The translations under genes were made by a program, and so were the position numbers. A stretch of 64,000 bases of DNA from Octopus vulgaris. Taxonomy: Eukaryota. Below, one piece after another: positions 1 through 13,547 of this stretch (its first letter is position 1; each line of letters starts with the position of its first letter). A model generated the notes under the pieces. It was not told the DNA's origin, ran no database searches, and saw only the letters and a list, made by a program, of their open reading frames with translations. Location: positions 27,094,001 to 27,158,000 of the forward strand of contig OX597821.1 of NCBI GenBank assembly GCA_951406725.2. The letters run 5' to 3'.

Positions 1-88
1 ATGTAATGTCAGAAAGTCAGGAAGTAAGAAGTAATGCCCCATGCAATAAGAATAAGAATATATGTCTAAAATGAATGATTACATTCTA

Positions 89-305
89 AGGCGGCGAGCT
101 GGCAGAAACCTTAGCGCTCCGGGAGAAATGCTTAGTAGTATTTCTCTTGCCGCTACTCTCTGAGTTCAAATTCCGCTGAGGTCGACTTTGCCTTTCGGGG
201 TCGATTAAATAAGTACCAGTTACGCACTGGGGTTCATAAAATCGACTTCAACCGTTTGTTTATTCTCTCTGTGTTTAGCCCCTTGTGGGCATTAAAGAAA
301 TAGGT
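89..305 (+). mobile_element. tRNA-derived SINE, family B (central GTCGACTTTGCCTTTC..GGGGTCGAT..AAGTACCAG domain)
   Basis: Head AGGCGGCGAGCTGGCAGAA...GAGTTCAAATTCC (pol III A/B-box-like). The same sequence recurs inverted at 2725-3426 and 38399-38629. Confidence 0.75.
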
Positions 306-1317
306 ATTCCGCTGTGATCCACTTTTCTTTTTATACATTTCGTATCTATTCAATTTGACGTTCAGATTATTTAATTAATTTTTCTTAACTAAACACTTTG
401 AAAATTCCGATACTGATACAATGCGTCACATACAACAGGGTTTAATCTTAATGTTTTGTATTTTAGAAGTTATTTCGTCAGAAGTTACAGAGTGACAATG
501 GACAAATTTGTGTTTGATAAGTGCCAATACACGAAACTCTCATCTTTTGACTTACTCTCTAACTTCTGCCGATGATACATATTACATACATGTGTTAAAA
601 AATTTCATCCTGCAATCGAACCAATGAAAGAGCCTCTACCTGGTCGCTCGACACGCTAAAAGGAACAACTATAGTATCCTCCTACCTAAATCACGCGCCT
701 ATTGTCCCCTAGAAAGACGGTTTGCTGAAGGCTGAAATGTTTTTGATGATAGGTTTGCAGTATCATGATTGCTTTGAGGCTAAATAACAACATTATGGTA
801 AATTTCTTTATTAACACCCGCAGGATTTTCACTGAGAAAGAAAAACAAAAAATTGGATTTTTTGCATGGAATCAAATACCCTGATCTCCTAATATACTGC
901 AAATCCCTTATTTTTAGTTCGGATAAAATGATTCCAATCCCGGAATCATTGGAAATTATTATTTCGTTGAATGAATGTCTGTGACCTCTTAATATTCCAA
1001 AATTAGGTTACTTAAAGTGAACCTGGTAACTGATGGTTTTGGTGGTCTTGTTGTTTGTAACTTTTGATGAGCCATGGTGCAACCAACATCATGGTAAAAA
1101 TCCCTACCATTGATTTGGTGTGGATGGGTAATATCAAATAATTCAATCACAGCATATATCGAAAATAAACATGAAAAAAATTGAAATATTCTCATCACTT
1201 ACATGGAAAAATTGAAATGTATTATCCTTCAGTATTTTATAAGCTAAAATCTTAAATTATTAATTGAAACATTATTCATAACCTTATAGTAACAACGCCC
1301 AGAAAAATCATGGATGG

Positions 1318-1824
1318 CATGGAAATATGCGAGTATGAAAATATTCTTAAGATTATTAACCTGGAAAATACAGGACAAGTTATTACACCTGTAAAAGTAA
1401 AGGACGAGCTGTTACTTCTAGTAAAGAATAAGAAACCTTTTACTTAAAATATTGCAGCTAAAGTTAAAATTTGAATATTAAAAAAACTTATTTTATTATA
1501 GTTTACAAATAAACAATATACGTATTTAAGTAGAATTTGGCTAATTTACTACCTTAAATGCAGAAAAAAAGTGACTAATTAAACAAACTTACAACTTAGC
1601 TTCACAGTTTTGTGCAATAAATTTAAAAGATGAGAACTGTAAAGAGTGATAAAGTAGAAGAACTGGCATTCTTTGCTGCAATATTTTAAGTAAAAAGTTT
1701 CTTATTCTTTACTTTACTAGATGTAATGGCTTGTCCTATATTTTACAGGTGTAACAACTTGTCCTGTACTTTTTCAGGTTTATAATCTTAAAAATATTAC
1801 TTTTCATGCTCGCATTTATCCATG
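1318..1824. mobile_element. Degraded foldback/MITE with ~140-bp imperfect inverted arms
   Basis: 1318-1458 (catggaaatatgcgagtatgaaaa...acaggacaagttattacacctgtaaaa...aaaatattgcagc) is the reverse complement of ~1675-1824 with scattered mismatches. Confidence 0.7.
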
Positions 1825-1877
1825 TAATGTATGTATAGATGCATGCATATATCTGTGTGTATATGCGTGTGTATGTG

Positions 1878-1939
<62 letters not shown>

Positions 1940-1942
<3 letters not shown>

Positions 1943-2101
1943 CTTATAAAATAAGGGCAAAAGAAAAATTCTAATGCCAAATATGCCGAAAATGGACAAA
2001 TTGTCAATAACCATTATAATTTATGCGTCACAGAAACAAGCCGATTATTACCGTATTGATTCCAATTTCAGGGTTAATTCATAAGAATTTTCTCCTCCTC
2101 A
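1940..2101 (-). mobile_element. Penelope-like pLTR fragment (truncated hammerhead) between (TA)n tracts
   Basis: Homologous to 39878-40130 and, inverted, to 26160-26475. The minus strand keeps GAAA-ttgg-aa-tcaa-TA-cggtaa, but the 5' stem I and the C of CUGA are replaced by (TA)n. Confidence 0.55.
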
Positions 2102-2444
2102 TATATATATATATATATATATGTATGTATTGTGTGTGTGTGTGTGTGTGTCTGTGTGTGTGTATATATATTACACCATACCACATGTTAGAAATGAATA
2201 GGTGACCTCGAATTAATAGGGACCACACAGGTCATCGTTTGACAAGAACACAACAATGTTGATCATTCCAAGGTATTCCATTTCTTTATTCTTGATGGAC
2301 TTCACTCTCCTCCCCCACTGTTTTCAATTACTTTTAGTCTTATCATTATTCTCGTCTTTATTCTTATTTTTATTTATATACCTAATTTCATTTTTTTATT
2401 TACTTTTTACCTTTTTCTTCTTAGCCTTCTTTCTTCTTCCATCT

Positions 2445-2478
<34 letters not shown>

Positions 2479-2724
2479 GTTGTTCTTCTTCTTCTTCTTC
2501 TTCTTCTTCTTCTTCCCCGCATACGTTTATATTTCATATATATACTTACGAATTATAGGGCAAACGGATATGATCTGAGTGAAATTTTATCACCGCATCT
2601 TGGAAGTTTAGCTTATATGTTAAAAGCTCTCTGTTATCAACAAATATACATAATATAGTAGGATCTCTTTTGAAGAAAATTTGGCTGCTATTTCTCATAG
2701 GTGTAGCTAGCCTTTTCTAATCTT

Positions 2725-3426
2725 GACACAAGGCCCGAGATTTTGGGGGAAGAGGCTAGTTGATTACATCGACCCCAGTATGCAAGTGGTACTTAATTTA
2801 TCGACTCCGAAAGGATGAATGGTAAAGTCAAACTCGCCGGAACGTAAAGACAGACGAAATACATATTTCTTTACTACACACAAGCGGATAAACACAGAGA
2901 GGACAAACAAGTACAGACAAACGGATTATGTCGATTACATAGACCTCAGTGCATAACTGGTACTTATTTAATTTACCCCGAAAGGATGAAATGCAAAGTC
3001 TACCTCGGCGGAATTTGAACTCTGAACGTAGTGGCAGACGAAATACCTATTTCTTTACTACCCACAAGGGGATAAACACAGAGAGGACAAACAAGGACAG
3101 ACAAGCGGATTACGTCGATTACATAGACCTCAGTACGTAACTGGTACTTATTTAATTTACCCCGAAAGGATGAAATGCAAAGTCTACCTTGACGGAATTT
3201 GAACTCTGAACGTAGCGGCAGACGAAATACCTATTTCTTTACTACCCACAAGGGGCTAAACATAGAGGGGATAAACAAGGAGAGACAAACGGATTACGTC
3301 GATTATATCGACCCCAGTGCGTCAGTGGTACTTAATTTATCGACTCCGAAAGGATGAAAGGCAAAGTCGACCTCGGCGGAATTTGCACTCAGAACATAAC
3401 GGCAGACGCAGCCAGCTCGCCGCCTT
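2725..3426 (-). mobile_element. Family B SINE with internal ~184-bp unit tandemly amplified about 4x
   Basis: gattacat/gattatat..gaccccag..ggtactt..gaaaggatgaa recurs at 2762, 2933, 3117 and 3301. The head (ccagctcgccgcctt) ends at 3426. Confidence 0.8.
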
Positions 3427-4222
3427 ATATGTCTGTTACATTAACCTTATTAGTGCCTATATGCTTACAGATCACCAAACATAAACATATTCATATATAC
3501 ATGGACATATATATAATATATATATACATATGTATACGTAAATGTCTATACTTGTGAATGCGTATGTGTCTCTGTATGTATGTCAGTAAGTGTATGCGTG
3601 TATGTGCATATAATAGTATGTGTAGATTGATTAAATCCTTAAATATGCGTGTGGAATGCTTTGCGAAATTTGATATTTCAGATGCAGTAAGTTTTGATAA
3701 AGGACAATCATCTTCCGTCATTAAATACATTGGTTAACTTCATTACCGTTCTTCATTTTAATTGCTTTAGATATTATATTGCTGTCATGAAGGGATACTG
3801 CTTTGAAGAATTTTTAGTTGATTGAATTAACCCCAGTTTTTATGAAATTTTAATATCGACTTGCTTTGTTGAAGTGTTAAGTTACGGGAATGTAATCACA
3901 CCTACACCGATTGTCAAGTGCTGCTCAAGGACAAGTACACAACCCCGTCTCACATCTCTCTCTCTCTCTCTCACTATCTCTATCTCTGTGCATATGTATA
4001 TATATATATATACGAAATGACGCGTCCTAGATAGCGATAGATCCACCCGCGGTGAGGCCTGCCCTCCCCTCATGTCACGGATCATAATTGCGCATAAATG
4101 CCCGGTGTTTTAGGGTGATCGATGCCACTTTGCACCGGGGGTTGCCCGCATGCCTGATCCATCTAATCTGCGGTTTATATATATAATTATAATATATATA
4201 TATAAATATATATGTGTGTGTG

Positions 4223-4319
<97 letters not shown>

Positions 4320-4404
4320 TGTTGTTACACATCACTGGTCACAATGCGTTCGCATTGTTTTAGCCTTCGAATGACGCCGCCCCGCTGGCTAAGCGAGCAG
4401 GCCA

Positions 4405-4438
<34 letters not shown>

Positions 4439-4751
4439 GCATATATAACAATTTAATAAATAAAACATATGCATTCATACATACATATATGTACATACCT
4501 ACATCTATATGCATATATATACATGCATATATGAGTACAGGACACCACAAATAAAACGTAGAACACAGCAAGAAACGAAAACATAAAAACAAAATATGGA
4601 AACGGACTTTTTTTAACAACGAAAAAACAGAGTACAAGACACAACACAAGGAACATTCCCCTTCATCAGCTGCCCCTGTTTCGACTTATTGCGTGCTTCG
4701 TATGTATACACACAGACACACAGACACACACACACAAACACACGCGCACAA

Positions 4752-4814
<63 letters not shown>

Positions 4815-5051
4815 CATATAATATTTAAAGAGGACCCCAACGTTAAGACAAGGCAAACATCTCAAATCATATACATTATTAACCACCGTACCTAATCGTT
4901 TTGATCACCTGTGAACTAAACCCCAAAATTTTGTGTGAAAGTGTATATATATATATATGTATATATAATTATTATTTGAGGGAATAAAATCAAAACTTAC
5001 AAGGAAAAAGAATTCAATTTAGAAATACTAAAATCAAATCCACACAACATA

Positions 5052-5082
<31 letters not shown>

Positions 5083-5262
5083 TAGAAAAAAACACCTTTT
5101 ATCAATACAAAATGAATAATTAAATTACACCATCTAGAAAATTACATATAATAGAAAAGTTAAAATTAAAATAACAATAAAAAGATTAAGTAAATTACAA
5201 AAATAATATAAAGTATATAATAGGTAGAAAAACAATATATAATATGTATATATATATATATA

Positions 5263-5394
5263 TCCACTCACAAGACATTGGTCGGCCCGGGGCTAAAGCA
5301 GAAGACACTTGCCCAAGATGCCACGCAGTGGGACTGAACCCGCAACCATGTAGTTGGTTAGCAAGCTACTTACCACACAGCCACTCCTGCGCCC
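5263..5394 (-). mobile_element. Family A tRNA-SINE, 5' part
   Basis: Reverse complement of ggcgcaggagtggctgtgtggtaagtagcttgc...ggttcagtcccactgcgtggc, matching 25595 and 62311. Confidence 0.8.
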
Positions 5395-5424
<30 letters not shown>

Positions 5425-5425
<1 letters not shown>

Positions 5426-6370
5426 CTATCCTTTCCCCCGACCCCTACTTCTTCAGTCCTTCATCCTTTCACCCCTACTCCCCTTCCCTTCTTCCATCTT
5501 TCTCCCTCCCTCCTTCCCTCTGCTCCCTCACTCCCCCTCTCCCTCTTTCCTCTTTCCTCCCCCTCCTCCCCTTCCTTCTCCCCCTCCTCTCTCTCCCCCT
5601 CCTCTCTCTCCCCCTCCTCTCTCTCCCCCTCCTCTCCTCTTCCCCCTCTCTTCCTCCTATCTTCCCCCTCTCCTCCTCCCCCTCCTCCCCCCTCTTCTCC
5701 TCACTACACCACACGACTTCACACATCATATATGATGTGCCATACTAATACATACACCAACTAATACATACTAATACGTACTAATACATACTAATACATA
5801 CTAATACATACACCAACCCTATACATACACACGTCCAGACCCCTCATACGCACTTATACTCTCTCATACACACACACACACACTTATACATACTAATACG
5901 TACTAATACATACTAATACATACTAATACATACACCAACCCCATACATACGCACGTCCAGACCAATCCTACGCACTAATACTCTCTCATACACACACACC
6001 CTTATACATACTAATACATACACCAACCCTATACATACACACGTCCAGACCCCTCCTACGCACTATTAGCTGGTCCTTCAACCATATTATCAACCCTATT
6101 ATCTCCCCTTATTTCGCTCTCGCGTCTCATGTTTGATCTTTGACCTCTGGCCGAAATCAGATCGCCATGTTGATTCGTTAGCTACTGCACGCATTTTTTT
6201 CTCTCCTTCTTTCTGTGTTTTTTTTCTCTCTGTGTATCTTTCTGTTGAAGAGCGTAGGCTCGAAACGTTAAAGATTTGTTTTATTTATATTTCCTGAGCG
6301 CCATACTAATACAATTGTTTGTTTGTTTTCCACCTGCCTTCGCCTTTTGTCTATTTTCATAAAGCTTCCC
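5425..6370 (+). repeat. Polypyrimidine tract, (CATACTAATA)n / CATACACCAACCC minisatellite, and repeat end shared with 18170-18340 and 22467-22670 (probable Penelope-like pLTR family)
   Basis: Three copies of catacaccaacc(c)tatacatacacacgtccagacc. The terminal part (gagcgtaggctcgaaacg..cctgagcg..atactaatac) recurs at two other loci. Confidence 0.55.
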
Positions 6371-6384
6371 GTTATATGTATATA

Positions 6385-6613
6385 TATATGTGTGTGTGTC
6401 TCTGTGTGTGTGTGTTTGTGTGTCTGTGTCCATCCCCACAACATCGCTTGACAACCGATGCTGGTGTGTTTACGTCCACGTCACTTAGCGGTTCGGCAAA
6501 AGAGACCGATAGAATAAGTACTGGGCTTACAGAGAATAAGTCCCGGGGTCGATTTGATCGACTAAAGGCGGTGCTCCAGCATGGTCGCAGTCAAATGACT
6601 GAAAGAGTAAAAG
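6385..6613 (+). mobile_element. Family A SINE, 3' half
   Basis: gcttgacaaccgatgctggtgtgtttacgtcc...ggcggtgctccagcatgg..cagtcaaatgactgaaa, near-identical to the tail of 25595-26008. Confidence 0.8.
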
Positions 6614-6634
6614 AATATATATATATATATATAA

Positions 6635-7063
6635 AGAAAATCTCTCTCATATAGTGTTTGCTCAATTCAACTCACGAAAGTATGAGGGTAGAGACATTAA
6701 AAATCAAATGCAAAGGTTATTTGAGAACGTACGTTTCAAGATTAGTCAAAATCGACACTTCTATCATCAGCTCAGAACTCCCTGGTTTGGATTTGAAAAC
6801 ACTGAAAGTGGGAGCATACCCTTTCGGCCTGTTATCGCTTCTGAAGATCTGCTCAAAACTAACAGTGCTAGCAAATTCAAATATGCAAACGAAGAATTTC
6901 TGCTCTCCAAACCAGGGAGTTCTGAGCTGATGATAGAAGTGTCGATTTTGACTAATCTTGAAACGTACGTTCTCAAATAACCTTTGCATTTGATTTTTTA
7001 ATGTCTCTACCCTCATACTTTCGTGAGTTGAATTGAGCAAACACTATATGAGAGAGATTTTCT
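6635..7063. mobile_element. Young foldback MITE with ~157-bp near-perfect TIRs (Kolobok-like: AG..CT ends, TTAA/ATAA flanks)
   Basis: Arms 6632-6791 and 6906-7066 are reverse complements apart from one homopolymer indel. The loop is 114 bp. The right flank is TTAA (7064-7067). Confidence 0.85.
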
Positions 7064-7255
7064 TTAAGTATTGGAGATAGTTTTAAAAAAGTTTTTTTAG
7101 CTGCTATTTCTAATGAGTTCAGTATGCGGCAAAGTAATTTATTTTACTAAGCCCTTTTATATAATGTAATAATTTGAATTCGCCTTAAATGGTCCCTTTG
7201 TATACTGAATACTTGGTGAAATTGATTAATTAATTAATTTTACCCTCAATTGTTG

Positions 7256-7310
<55 letters not shown>

Positions 7311-7873
7311 AAAACATTATCCTGAGTTGCTACACAAGACTGAACCCGAAACCATGTGCTTGGGAAACTAGTTTCTCATTACACTGCCACGCTTTTGTAG
7401 TAAGCAGTCTGTTTATGAAACCTATGCCGATTTATATTCTGTTGTGGCGTCAAGTCATGCTTTTATAAGTAATAAGAACAAATAGTTATTGTTATTGTTG
7501 CTCTTTATGTATTGTATTTTAGCGGCTTTTTTTAATTCAAGAACGGTGATTTGCATATATATTCTTTATATAAACTGGCATATTCAAACGCAAATATGCT
7601 AGTCTCTGCTGTGTATGTCACTGGTGAATTAACTTCTCTTTCCAACAACAATGGCTTCAAAACACTCTCCTCTTGTTTATAAGAGGTATTCAGTATTACC
7701 GTTGTTTCGGTAGGAGACAACCCGAATCACCTGAACCACCCGAATCACCTGAACATTGGTGCCTAAATAAACCACTGGCGATTTTATAATTCAGTGAACG
7801 AACTGTTTTCAGATCAGTGCTTATTCCTACCTACTTATGTAAATATCGGTTTATCATTTGTAGTGACATAACC

Positions 7874-7928
7874 GGATTATTCTGGCTGAAGAGATAACTT
7901 ATGTTGAAACACCTGTGTACCAAAATCC
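7874..7928 (+). ncRNA. Putative type I hammerhead ribozyme (diverged)
   Basis: ggattattctgg-CTGAAGA-gataacttatgtt-GAAA-cac ct gtg-TA-ccaaaatcc: core intact, stem III and stem I pair, stem II weak (G-U rich). Confidence 0.5.
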
Positions 7929-8928
7929 TTTGCATCAATATTCCGAATGTGCCATGAATACTAGTGTACTTGGCTACTACTGTACATGTGTCTGAATTTA
8001 TCAGGACGTACTAAAATAAATATGCAAAATCATCACTTCAGTTGTCGCTGTGTACAGCGCAAATACCAATTTTTACATATACAAATATTTTCCAATATAG
8101 GTTGTTGATAATTCTGTATTTAGAATTAATTTAACTTTGCATTTGTCAAATTTGTCAATTTTGCTTTTATTGTCGATTTTTGCTGTCGTTACCTTTTCGT
8201 TTTCAAGACGAGGTCAATTTGATCGAGCAACCATATTGTTAAAATACGTTCCGGTCATATCCATTCAATTTGTTCAGTATATATCAGTAATTTATGTAAT
8301 TTGTCAACAATATCCTATACTATTCAACAGGCATATATTGTTTCAGAGGGTTAGATCAGGAAGATATTCCAGTAAACCGTTTACGTTGCCATCATCAACA
8401 ACGACTTCTTTATCTCTATTTTTGTATTCAGATGCCTCTCTCACAATCCTTATCTCTCTCCGATCTACTAATCCACGCATAGAGAGAAGAGGAGAGAGGC
8501 AGAGATAAAGAGAGGCAAAGGTTAAAGTTTGACATCAAATTGTTGTATACTATCTTTTACTTCCTTCAGACATTGGATTGCGGCCACTCTGGTGGGTTCA
8601 GCCTGGAAATTTATTTTTTAAACCCGGTACTGATTCTAACGATCTTTTAGGCTTAACCGCTAAGTTGCATGGATGTAAGCAAACCAGCACTGGTTGTCAA
8701 GCACTTGTGTGGAGACAAGCACAAACACAGGTAAATGTATACATAATCACTTCATTACAGACATAAAGTTGTAACAAGCTTCGTAGAATTTCCGCGATCG
8801 TTTTCGTAGATGTACTGCTTATCTTTGTGTCAAAAATAGCATTAACGACAGCTTCGTTTTTGATCATTTGTCTATAGTGTAATTTGAACACAGCGTAAAT
8901 GAACATGTTTTTGAACAGACACACACAC

Positions 8929-9009
<81 letters not shown>

Positions 9010-10179
9010 ACACAAACACATACACACATACCCGAAATCACGCATATATACAGAGAATATTTACACATAAGATCAAGTGCATGTACACACAGTAAACATT
9101 TGCAGATACGAACAAACGCACATGTATGTGCAGGGAATATTTCTATACACATACCCGTATATCATACATTGTATATTTCCAATGTGTAGTGCTCACAAAA
9201 TACGGTTTTAGACGTATCATCTAACTGAATAGCAATCTTAAAGGTAAATGCATGCATATGTATTCCTTGCAGTTGTACGGCTGACAAAGTTAAATCCGAA
9301 TTTAGAATTTAAATTAGCAGCCACGTCTGTGAAGACAATGATCAAATTCAACATCTCCAAGACTCTCACCTACATTACTGTCAAGCGTCTCACAGAAACC
9401 ACTCAACATGACCAATCCTGTCATTTAAATAAAGTGAAAAGAACACTTCTATGGTTATAATATCAATTTATGAAACACTCGGTGACCACTTTAATTAGCA
9501 GAGTACTATAAATGTTGAAATTGCTCTCCACAAATTCATACATATACACTTGGTCACGCAAGTTTGCAAAGCCAAATGAGTTAATGAGTGCAAAGCAAAG
9601 ACGTAGTGGAGTGGTGTGATTACGTAGGTCGATAAAGTACTTATTGTGTCAATACACAAGAGAGGCCGAGATCCGTTCTTGCCATCTGGTTAGTCAAACC
9701 AGATACTTTCCTGCCAGATAAATTGGTATGTATAATTTTGTCACATTTGATAATCAGAAGTAGCAACTAGCCAACTATCGCTCAAAGCTCTTTGCTCAAC
9801 CATTCATGATTACCCAGGAGTATTACTCCATCTTTTCGAATAATGGAAATTTTAAACCTTTAATATCTGATGTGTCATTCTTTATATTTATTTTTCACTA
9901 TATGATCAAGTAAAGATAAAACTACTCTTTGATGATAGAACCAGAATAAAATACAGCTGCGACCTAAGTTGATGAGCACATGTATGTAATTCCGGTTATT
10001 GACTGATGTTGTTTTATTCTGAATGTAACATTATTTGTCGTTACATTGTTAGTTCTTTAAAAATAACTAATTACTGCCTTTTTTCCCTAGAATATATATG
10101 AATTAAAAAAAAAAAAAAAAATTTTTTCTATATATTAGCATTTCATATGCCAAACAAAATACAATGATAACGTGCTTGA

Positions 10180-10324
<145 letters not shown>

Positions 10325-11892
10325 ATCCGTTCGGTAATTCGCGTGAATGGACATCTATCGAGACCCTTCGACATCGCACGTTCGGTCCGTCAGGGATGCC
10401 CCCTCTCGTCGCTTCTATACGTATTGACTCTCGAGCCATTATTGCGGAAGCTGGCAACCTTGAGAGGTATCCCGCGAGAACTGGGATGCGGGACGAGCGT
10501 GTCTGCATACGCGGACGACGTCACCGTCATAGTGTCTAGCCACGAGCACATCGAGCAGGTCGGCGAGACACTGAAAAACTACGAAGCGGTGACAGGAGCA
10601 AAACTCAACCGGGAAAAGTCAGTGGGCTTGCGACTCGGCACCTGGAGAAGCAAGCCCATGCCGTCCACCAGCGCCTCCGTCGTGGGACGCTGGACCGACG
10701 GCCCGGTTGAGTTGCTCGGGGTCTGGTTTGGTCCGGACCTCCAAGTGGAGAAGAACTGGAACGAGATAACGAGTAGGGTGGTCACTCTCGCCCGGCAATG
10801 GGCCGAGAGGAAACTGTCCCTAAAAGGTCGGGCGGAGGTGGCGAACACGTACATCGCGTCCGTAATCTACTACCGCCTGACCGTCGTACCTTGTCCCGAC
10901 CCTACCATCACCAAACTACAACGCATTCTCTTTCGCTTCTTGTGGAAAGGATGCGTCCCGATGGTCAGGCGATCCATTTGCTGTCAACACCCGTTAAAAG
11001 GAGGGCTGGGCATGCCGTGGTTGATGATGCGCAGACACGCGCTGAGACTGCGACATCTCTGGCTCTATGTAGACGACGGTGAACAGGTGTGGTCGCCGTT
11101 TGTGAGGCACGCTTTCCTGCAGCTCGTCTCCATGACCGAACTGCAGTCGTGGATCAAAAAGAGGCCGAAGAAGGGCGAATGGCACAGCGAGTGTCGCGTT
11201 GCTCTCAAGCAACTCTGCCGTCCTGGGTCGACCTTGAGTGACTTCAACACAACCAAAGCATTCTATAGGGGTTTAGTGGAGGGGAGGTACGACGACGAGC
11301 TCGGGGCGAACCTGGACGTCGACGAGGAGTACCTGACCCGCCTGTTCAGGACGACTTTCGGGCCAGGGCCCATGGACAACTTCCAGAGATCCCTGGCCTG
11401 GCAGTGCTACCGAGAAGCGCTACCCGTTCGGGATAAGCTCTACAGACACGGCTCGAGAAACACGGGGCGGACCTGCCCGAGATGCGGTCAGAGCGACGAA
11501 ACCGTTCTGCACGCACTCGTGCAGTGTCCAACAATTTCCGACCTGTGGGCTTGTGTCGAACAACTGCTGTCACGTGTGGGACGAGTCGGTTTATCAGCTG
11601 AGTCTATCGTTAATATTGTCACGCCTCCCTCCTTCAAACGGGAAGGAAGAGCTATTTTCATCATCCTTGTGGCTATGGCGAAAGAATGTATCTGGTGGAC
11701 GCGTCTGAAAGGATTGGAGACAAACACTTTCCTCTCTGGTCAATCTCTCATCAACTTCTTCAAGTACCACTTGAAAAGGAAAGTGAGAGTAGAGAGGCAA
11801 GTTTTGTCTAGCGAATGTTTTAAAAAAGATGGGTGAATGTAGCAAGAATGGCACGTATGAATGACGAAGCCACCTTGAGCATGATCCTATGA
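10325..11892 (+). pseudogene. Truncated ORF2 reverse transcriptase of the Tx1-like element
   Basis: Open frame 10325-11836. Adding one A in the run at ~11822-11828 extends it to FKKRWVNVARMARMNDEATLSMIL* (TGA 11890-11892). The listed N-terminal YLSI repeats are microsatellite. Confidence 0.85.
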
Positions 11893-12279
11893 ACCCAGAA
11901 ATTGAAAACAGAGAGTTGCTTATTTGCAAAAAAAAAAAAAAAAAAAAGAAATATAACATGTGACTCCATTGACCGAGGTTACCGTGGTCTTTTCCGTAGG
12001 CTTTTCTTTCCACGGGTAAACCTCACCTGTCCTCCCCTTTACACTTCATATTGACATTTCTGTGATAACGATCCCTATTGATCAAATTTTTTTTTCTTTT
12101 TTTTTTCCTCTCCCCCTTTTTTTAACCCCCTTTTTTTTTGTCCTCTTTCTCTCCTTTTACGATCCCTTTTGATCGAAACTCCCCCTTCCTTTTTTTTTTT
12201 TTTTAAACCTTCAAAAGAAAAGCTCTACCTTGTAATTTGTTCTATCTGTGTGCAGCCCTGTGTGGCTAATAAAGAAACA
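10325..12279 (+). mobile_element. 5'-truncated Tx1/L1-clade non-LTR retrotransposon (RT C-terminal half, zinc finger, 3' UTR)
   Basis: Motifs SVRQGCPLS, AYADD, GGLGMP, CPRCGQSDETVLHALVQC. GC-rich, no internal stops. T-rich 3' UTR with AATAAA at 12268-12273. Confidence 0.92.
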
Positions 12280-12769
<490 letters not shown>

Positions 12770-12860
12770 GATCAGGATTCAAGTGAACCCGGCACTTAAG
12801 TGGTAAGCCACCAGATCTGGTCGAAAACTATACTCTTGTGTGTGTGTGCGTTTGTGTAAA

Positions 12861-13019
12861 GACGGAGGAGTGGCGGTGTGGCAAGAAGCTTGCTTCCAAA
12901 CCACATAGGTCCAGGTTTAGTCCCAGTGCGTGGCACCTTGGGTAAAAGTCTTCTGCTATAGTCTCCGGCCGACCAATTTCTTGTGAGTGGATTTGATAGA
13001 CAGTAAATGAAAGAAGCAA

Positions 13020-13084
<65 letters not shown>

Positions 13085-13251
13085 TTGTGTGTCTCTGTTT
13101 GTTTTCCACCATCACTTGACAACCGATCTTGTTGTGTTTGCATACCTGCAAATTTGCGGTTCGGCAAAAGAGACCTATAGAATAAGTACAAGGCTGACAA
13201 GTCCTGGGGTCGACTTGTTCGACTAAAGGTAGTGACTGAAACAATCAAAGA
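12861..13251 (+). mobile_element. Family A tRNA-SINE with internal (TA)n
   Basis: Diverged full-length match to 25595-26008. Confidence 0.8.
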
Positions 13252-13271
13252 ATATACATATACATATATAT

Positions 13272-13417
<146 letters not shown>

Positions 13418-13488
13418 TGTGTGTGTTTGTATGGGTGTGTGTGTGTGTATCTATCTATCAAACTATACGTATATGCATACATACATAC

Positions 13489-13547
<59 letters not shown>

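Noticed and set aside
4645-4690. CTGATGA with nearby GAAAC on the minus strand
   Set aside because: GAAA lies upstream of CUGAUGA and no closing GAAA/UH follows stem II. I cannot build a hammerhead.
6654-7040. Mirror-image ORFs on both strands
   Set aside because: A consequence of the palindrome. No protein similarity recognised.
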